A stretch of 64,000 nt of DNA from Sphingobium sp. Lineage in GTDB: Bacteria; Pseudomonadota; Alphaproteobacteria; Sphingomonadales; Sphingomonadaceae. The notes under the pieces are model-generated. The model worked only from the letters and a program-made list of their open reading frames with translations, was not told the DNA's origin and made no database searches. Where the stretch lies: contig NZ_JBMDWL010000099.1 of the NCBI RefSeq assembly GCF_048594625.1, positions 2,505-66,504 on the forward strand. The letters run 5' to 3'. The translations under genes were made by a program, and so were the position numbers. Positions within the stretch are counted from its first letter, which is position 1; each line of letters opens with the position of its first letter. Positions 59,377 through 64,000 of the stretch are shown piece by piece.

Positions 59377-59847
59377 TTACGCGTCCGCCAGCGCCAGCGA
59401 GAACCAGGACGCCATCGCATCGATCGCCAAGGGCGACAGGCGGATGGCCCGGCGGCGGCGGCTGTTGGGGGAACTGCGATATTCGTCCAGCAGGCCGCGC
59501 CGTTCCATGACGCCCACCTGCCCCACGACGATATTGAGCGAAAGGCGCAACGTCTCGCTCAGCTGCTCCAGCGTCAGCGCACGCCCTTCCAGCTCGCCCT
59601 GATAGAGCAGCAGCAATATGTCCCATGCCGGATCGGTGAACAGATTCTGCCCGAACAGGGTCGCCCGCACCCGCCGCGCCTCCACATAACGTGCAAGGGC
59701 GGGAAGCTGGTCGCTCCCCTCCCCATCCAGTATCGCCGGTTCTTCCTTGCGGGCGTGAAAATTGCTCAGGCAGCGTTGCAGGGCGACCACCAGATCGACG
59801 GCCTCCTGGCTGGGCAGGTTTCGGTCAGGCGGGATATGAACGGTCAT
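59377..59847 (-). CDS. Winged-helix (MarR-like) DNA-binding protein, hypothetical
   Basis: LFTDPAWDILLLLYQGELEGRALTLEQLSETLRLSLNIVVGQVGVMERRGLL...RRRAIRLS has a wHTH pattern. It overlaps the upstream gene by 23 nt. Confidence 0.6.
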   Translation of the reverse strand: MTVHIPPDRNLPSQEAVDLVVALQRCLSNFHARKEEPAILDGEGSDQLPALARYVEARRVRATLFGQNLFTDPAWDILLLLYQGELEGRALTLEQLSETLRLSLNIVVGQVGVMERRGLLDEYRSSPNSRRRRAIRLSPLAIDAMASWFSLALADA

Positions 59848-60271
59848 GGAACGCTTTCCGGTCGAGTTCGATGCCGATGATCGTGAAGAGCATCAGCGGA
59901 ATGACCCAGACGGTGCTGAGGCTGGCGTAGATGAGGTCGGTGAACCGCGGCAACATCAACGTGACCACATGGGTCAGCACGGTCATCAGCTGGCACGCGG
60001 CGGCCCAGACCGGCCAATAATGGGTGCTGCGCAGCATCAGCCAGATCAGAAACGCCAGCAGCAATGCGTCGACCAGCATCAGCCACATCTGCGTGGCATG
60101 CCACGACCCGGCCAGTTGCGCGGGGATGGTCAGAAGGACGCAGCCCAGAAAGGCGCCGGTGAACCACCGGCCGTCGCGCCCGCCAAAGACCATGGCGAAC
60201 ACGCAACCAAACAGGGTCAACATCCAGAAAAAAAGGATCATCAGGAAAGAGGAAGCCGCCAGCATCTGCAT
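59825..60271 (-). CDS. Hypothetical integral membrane protein (about 5 TM, 148 aa)
   Basis: Five strongly hydrophobic segments. I recognise no family. Confidence 0.55.
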   Translation of the reverse strand: MQMLAASSFLMILFFWMLTLFGCVFAMVFGGRDGRWFTGAFLGCVLLTIPAQLAGSWHATQMWLMLVDALLLAFLIWLMLRSTHYWPVWAAACQLMTVLTHVVTLMLPRFTDLIYASLSTVWVIPLMLFTIIGIELDRKAFHDRSYPA

Positions 60272-60326
60272 TTCCGATAGAGAGGGGGGGCAATGGTCAT
60301 GCAGATGCCGACGACTTCCACCCGGA

Positions 60327-60671
60327 TCAAGCGACCAGGGTCAGGTGACGCGCCGTTTCCTGTCGTTCCAGCTCGAAACCGATCGGGCAACCGACCGACG
60401 TGACGGGAATGGCGCTATGTTCAAGGCAACGGGTCAGAAGGGCGGTGGCGCGGATCATGTCGCTGCGGCCTTCGATGATCTTGGTCGCGCTTTCATGGAT
60501 CTGCTTGATGATGCGCTGGCTTTCGCTGGCGGTCAGGCCCGATCCCTGCGACGCGGTCAGAAAGGCGGTGGTCAGCTGCGCGGCATCGACCAGCGCATTG
60601 TCCAGAGAGGCGAAGGCCTGGCGGGTCTGATCGGCAACGGCCTGAGTCTTGACGGGGTCGAGGTTCAGCAC
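60327..60671 (-). CDS. Hypothetical soluble helical protein (114 aa)
   Basis: GTG 60671 is preceded by AAGGAG at 7 nt. The longer track ORF (to 60788) overlaps the upstream gene and has no RBS. I recognise no family. Confidence 0.5.
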   Translation of the reverse strand: MLNLDPVKTQAVADQTRQAFASLDNALVDAAQLTTAFLTASQGSGLTASESQRIIKQIHESATKIIEGRSDMIRATALLTRCLEHSAIPVTSVGCPIGFELERQETARHLTLVA

Positions 60672-60738
60672 AAGTCTTCTCCTTCGCACGCGCCCTACCC
60701 TGGACGGTGCGTTTTTCAGCATGGCGATATGGGAATGA

Positions 60739-61230
60739 TCAACCCAGAACCCGGAAGGCCCCGGCAAGCAGCAACAGCAAGGTGACAAGTCCGACGCCGG
60801 TCAGAACGGCGGCGCGGATCATCGCCAATATGCGGCCATCGGTGCTCAGTTCATTGGTCGATCCCCCTAGCGGCGGGCCGAAGGACAGGATGTTCTGAAG
60901 GACCGTCGTCCGATCCGCCTGTCCATCCGCCCTGTCCGGCTGAACAAGGGATGACGCAGGTTCGGGATCGGGCGCAAGCGGCTCTGGTTGATATATCAAA
61001 GGCTGATATGTGTCAGATTGGGGCTGCAGTTGCGCCGCCGAAACGAACAGGCGGGCCGCCTCCTTGCGGGACGGGACGCCATATTTGCGCAAACTGGTGC
61101 GGACGCGCTGATCGACCGTATGCTCCGACACCTGAAGCTGCCGTGCGATTTCCTTGGAATTGAAGCCCTGCGCCACCAGCCGCAGGCACTGCTTTTCCCC
61201 CTCGCTCAACGCTGGCAGGGTCTCGGCCAC
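60739..61230 (-). CDS. LuxR/GerE-type HTH protein with Pro/Gln-rich linker and extreme C-terminal TM anchor
   Basis: LSEGEKQCLRLVAQGFNSKEIARQLQVSEHTVDQRVRTSLRKYGVPSRKEAARL is a GerE HTH. The C-terminus ILAMIRAAVLTGVGLVTLLLLLAGAFRVLG is a TM segment. GTG start with AGGAGG 9 nt upstream. Confidence 0.7.
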   Translation of the reverse strand: MAETLPALSEGEKQCLRLVAQGFNSKEIARQLQVSEHTVDQRVRTSLRKYGVPSRKEAARLFVSAAQLQPQSDTYQPLIYQPEPLAPDPEPASSLVQPDRADGQADRTTVLQNILSFGPPLGGSTNELSTDGRILAMIRAAVLTGVGLVTLLLLLAGAFRVLG

Positions 61231-61389
61231 TCCGTCATTCCTCCTGCATGAACCCCTTTTCCGGCCAACGATCGACCGGTTCGGAAAGGCTCAGCCACCC
61301 ACGTAAAGATCACCAATGAAGGTTGCGATTCGGTTTGCGCCGATCGCTAAATTGGCATGACAGGGTACAGGGGTGCAATGCGGATGGAC

Positions 61390-61409
61390 GGATGCGCATC
61401 CTTATTTCC
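61390..61409 (+). terminator. Orphan hairpin plus T-tract on the plus strand (no upstream plus-strand gene)
   Basis: GGATGC-GCATCC is a 12-nt perfect palindrome followed by TTATTTCC. A TTGCGA-N19-TAAATT promoter-like pair lies about 40-65 nt upstream. Confidence 0.25.
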
Positions 61410-61432
61410 GCAATGGACAAGGATGCGCGCCG

Positions 61433-61464
61433 CATGGCCGGGCCGATCCATCGGCCCGGCCATG
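61433..61464. repeat. 32-nt palindrome (15-bp perfect arms) 39 nt downstream of the DUF805 gene stop
   Basis: CATGGCCGGGCCGAT-CC-ATCGGCCCGGCCATG, read directly. It has no U-tract on either strand. Confidence 0.6.
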
Positions 61465-61502
61465 CCGTAACGGCGCCGTCGAAGGCCCCGTCGATGCGCG
61501 TG

Positions 61503-61910
61503 TCAGCTGAAGATGTCGCCCACGTCGGCCGCGCTTTCCTTGGGGTCGGGACCGAAACGATTGGGTCCGCGCGTGCCGTCCAGACACATGAAGACCAGCA
61601 CGATCAGCCCGCCGACATAGGGCACGAAATTGATCAGCACGAACCAGCCGCTTTTGTCCTGATCGTGGAACCGGCGTACCTGTACGGCGATGGACGGGAT
61701 CAACAGGCCCAGCACCAGCAGGCCCAGAAGAACGAACAGGACCGAACTCCCGCCTGAACCACCGCCGGATATGGCGCCCAACAGGCCGCCCACAATCCCC
61801 ACCGCCAGGGCGACGAGAATATAACCAAGCGCGAACATCCAATATTCCTTGCGCCGCGAACGCCCGGAAAAATCGGCATAGCGCTTCAACGGCAGAAACA
61901 TATATTCCAT
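61503..61910 (-). CDS. DUF805 family inner-membrane protein
   Basis: PLKRYADFSGRSRRKEYWMFALGYILV is the hallmark DUF805 N-terminus, followed by TM segments. Confidence 0.85.
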   Translation of the reverse strand: MEYMFLPLKRYADFSGRSRRKEYWMFALGYILVALAVGIVGGLLGAISGGGSGGSSVLFVLLGLLVLGLLIPSIAVQVRRFHDQDKSGWFVLINFVPYVGGLIVLVFMCLDGTRGPNRFGPDPKESAADVGDIFS

Positions 61911-62031
61911 CTGCTGTCCCCTGTTAGTGGAACAGACAGGCTAGGCCGCCCAAACGCGAATGTCTCGCAAAAAGAAAGCCGCCCGGTTCCGAAACGGCCT
62001 CCTTCCTGTCCGTCACGCCATTCGGGCCGGA

Positions 62032-63381
62032 TCAGGCCGCGCTTCTGGTCCGCGCCGCCATTGTGTGGCGATTGTCCGGCTGGGCAAGGCCCAGATGATC
62101 GCGGAAGGTCGCGCCTTCATAATCGGTGCGGAACAGGCCGCGCGCCTGAAGGATCGGGATCACCCTGTCCACGAACAGGTCGAGCTGCCCCGGCAAGGGT
62201 TCGAAGATCACGAACCCGTCGGCCGCTTCGCTTTCGAACCAGTGTTGCAACCGGTCCGCCACCGTCTCCGCCGATCCGACGAAAGCGCCGCGCGGGGTTG
62301 CCAGCCGCTCGGCAATCTGGCGCAGCGTCAAGTTGCCTTCCCGCACCTCCGCCAATATGCGCAGCGTCCCGCTCTGCTGGCTGTTGAGTCCGATATGTTC
62401 GACATCGGGGAAAGGCGCGTCGAGGTCATATTGGCGGAAATCATGGTCGTTGAAGGTACGCGACAGATAGCCAAGACCGGTGTCGATCGATTCCAGCGCG
62501 GCCAGTTCGCGATAGCGCGCCTCGGCATCCGCATCCGTATCACCCACAATCGGCGCGATGCCGGGCAGGATGAACAGCTGGTCGGCGTCGCGGCCAAAGC
62601 CCTTCGCCCGTGCTTTCACATCGGCATAATAGGCCTGCCCCGCTTCCTGCGTTTCGGCATGGGTGAAGATCACCTCTGCCCGGCGCGCGGCGAAATTGCG
62701 TCCCTCGTCGGACGCCCCGGCCTGAAAGATGACCGGCTGCCCCTGCGGCGTGCGCTTGATGTTGAGCGGGCCACGGACTTGGAAATGCTCGCCCTTATGA
62801 TCCAGCCGGTGCAGCCTGTCCGGATCGACGAATTGCCCGCTATCCTTGTCCGCGACATGGGCGTCCGCTTCCCAACTGTCCCACAACCCCTGCACCACAT
62901 CCAGATATTCGGCGGCGATGCGGTATCGCACCGCATGGGGCGGATGTTCGGCCTTGCTGAAATTGGCCGCCGTATCGCCCAGCCAGCTGGTGACGATGTT
63001 CCACCCTGCCCGGCCTCCGCTCAGATGATCGAGCGATGCGAACTGCCGCGCCACGTTGAAGGGTTCGGAATAGCTGACGGTCAGGGTCGCGACCAGTCCG
63101 ATGCGCGACGTCGTCGCCGCCAGCGCGGACAGGATCGTGATCGGTTCGAACCGGTTGAGATAATGCGGGCTGGATTTTTCGGTGATGGACAGGCTGTCGG
63201 CGACGAACAGGAAATCGAACTTGCCGCGCTCCGCGGTCGCCGCCTGCCGCTGATAATGGGACAGGCTGGTGCTGGCGTTCACGTCGCGGTCGGGATGCCG
63301 CCAGTCGTTCCACGTCCGCCCCACCCCGTGCAGGATGAAGCCGAGTTTGATGTGCCCCCGCGCCGAAATCTGTTCTGTCAT
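62032..63381 (-). CDS. LLM-class flavin-dependent monooxygenase (NtaA/SnaA/DszA family)
   Basis: IKLGFILHGVGRTWNDWRHPD...GKFDFLFVADSL...SRIGLVATLTVSYSEPFNVARQFASLDHLSGGRAGWNIVTS; 449 aa. Confidence 0.85.
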   Translation of the reverse strand: MTEQISARGHIKLGFILHGVGRTWNDWRHPDRDVNASTSLSHYQRQAATAERGKFDFLFVADSLSITEKSSPHYLNRFEPITILSALAATTSRIGLVATLTVSYSEPFNVARQFASLDHLSGGRAGWNIVTSWLGDTAANFSKAEHPPHAVRYRIAAEYLDVVQGLWDSWEADAHVADKDSGQFVDPDRLHRLDHKGEHFQVRGPLNIKRTPQGQPVIFQAGASDEGRNFAARRAEVIFTHAETQEAGQAYYADVKARAKGFGRDADQLFILPGIAPIVGDTDADAEARYRELAALESIDTGLGYLSRTFNDHDFRQYDLDAPFPDVEHIGLNSQQSGTLRILAEVREGNLTLRQIAERLATPRGAFVGSAETVADRLQHWFESEAADGFVIFEPLPGQLDLFVDRVIPILQARGLFRTDYEGATFRDHLGLAQPDNRHTMAARTRSAA

Positions 63382-63484
63382 GGCCTTGGCCTTTCGATCG
63401 GATGATGGACCGATGATAAGGCGGCGATGAAGGACGGTTCCAACGCGTTATGCTGGAACCATTATGAGTTGGGCAAATGCGGGG

Positions 63485-63655
63485 TCAGGATTTGGGAGCG
63501 GCCTTGTCCTGCTTCGCCTTGTGCGCGGCCAGCAAGGCGTCGATTTCCACGATGCGCTGGCGCTGCGGCGTATCCTTGGCCAGCCCTTTCAGGCGACATT
63601 CGGCCCATAGGGAACGGCGCTCGCTGTTCAGGGCTTTCTGGTAAAGATCGGCCAT
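63485..63655 (-). CDS. Small hypothetical protein (56 aa), not in the ORF track
   Basis: Hand translation gives MADLYQKALNSERRSLWAECRLKGLAKDTPQRQRIVEIDALLAAHKAKQDKAAPKS*. GGAG lies 9 nt upstream of ATG 63655. It replaces the implausible 71-aa ORF 63462-63677 in another frame. Confidence 0.5.
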   Translation of the reverse strand: MADLYQKALNSERRSLWAECRLKGLAKDTPQRQRIVEIDALLAAHKAKQDKAAPKS

Positions 63656-63669
63656 TTTTCGGCTCCTTC

Positions 63670-63703
63670 AAAAACAAGAGGCCGACGCCTCACGACGCCG
63701 GCC
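63670..63703 (-). terminator. Intrinsic terminator downstream of typA
   Basis: On the minus strand, GGCCGGCG-TCGTGAGG-CGTCGGCC forms an 8-bp stem with one G-U and is followed by TCTTGTTTTT. Confidence 0.7.
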
Positions 63704-63720
63704 CCTTTGATACTGTATCA

Positions 63721-63777
63721 ACCCTGATAGATCAGGCGGCCTTTTGTTCAGGCCACCCTGATAAATCAGGCGGCCTT
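63721..63777. repeat. 23-nt direct repeat (22/23 identical) duplicating the typA stop region
   Basis: ACCCTGATAGATCAGGCGGCCTT at 63721-63743 and ACCCTGATAAATCAGGCGGCCTT at 63755-63777. Each copy contains the inverted repeat CCTGAT-NN-ATCAGG, and copy 2 contains the typA stop codon (63766-63768). Confidence 0.85.
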
Positions 63778-64000
63778 GGACCGGCTCATGCGCTTGCGCT
63801 CGTTCGGGTCGAGGTAACGCTTGCGCAGACGGATGGTCTTGGGCGTCACTTCGACCATTTCATCGTCGTCGATATACGCGATGGCCTGTTCCAGCGTCAT
63901 CTTCTTGGGCGGGGTCAGGCGGACGGCGTCGTCCTTGCCGCTGGCGCGGAAGTTGGTCAGCGCCTTCGACTTCATCGGGTTGACTTCAAGGTCTTCTGGC
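63766..64000 (-). CDS. typA: Translational GTPase TypA/BipA, C-terminal end (gene continues beyond the window)
   Basis: ...[57 protein letters not shown] matches the conserved BipA C-terminus. Confidence 0.9.
   Translation of the reverse strand, partial: PEDLEVNPMKSKALTNFRASGKDDAVRLTPPKKMTLEQAIAYIDDDEMVEVTPKTIRLRKRYLDPNERKRMSRSKAA

Noticed and set aside
58019-59626. 535-aa minus-strand ORF
   Set aside because: It is antisense to the EnvZ-like kinase and is a shadow ORF. The same reasoning applies to 17720-19123, 35036-36829, 44592-46022, 50417-51697 and 61960-63405.
63462-63677. 71-aa track ORF
   Set aside because: Its Pro/Gly/Arg-rich translation is implausible and it lacks an RBS. A 56-aa ORF in another frame, with GGAG at the proper distance, explains the region better.

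Overview
GC-rich bacterial chromosomal segment. Gene content (HWE histidine kinase, two-gene egtBD, twin-TM HIG1-like protein, Tat-NIPSNAP) and the type of palindromic repeats suggest an alphaproteobacterium of the Sphingomonadales kind; this is inference, not verified. I support about 70 protein genes and two tRNAs (Lys-CUU, Tyr-GUA). I saw no rRNA, CRISPR array, transposase/IS or recognisable prophage. Most of the window is housekeeping (recQ, aroC, fabI, pdxH, purA, cysS, murA, gluQ, typA) plus transporters, glycosidases and two two-component systems. Three patches look accessory: (i) 2.06-5.66 kb, a decayed integrative islet with a vsr remnant, a class II Fic gene, a short tyrosine recombinase and an ORF frameshifted in a homopolymer; (ii) 8.1-9.2 kb, an AT-richer islet of small orphan ORFs; (iii) 59.4-61.2 kb, a four-gene minus-strand cluster headed by a tail-anchored LuxR-type HTH protein. 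The most unusual single observation is a 78-nt palindromic repeat sitting in-frame inside gluQ. Also notable is a large signal-peptide TPR-CHAT (caspase-like) protein. I found no canonical defence or toxin system, so all candidate 'novel systems' below are hypotheses. Many long ORFs in the supplied track are antisense shadows typical of GC-rich DNA and were rejected. Several real genes are shorter than the track ORF, or absent from it (the partial SDR, a 56-aa ORF, both tRNAs).
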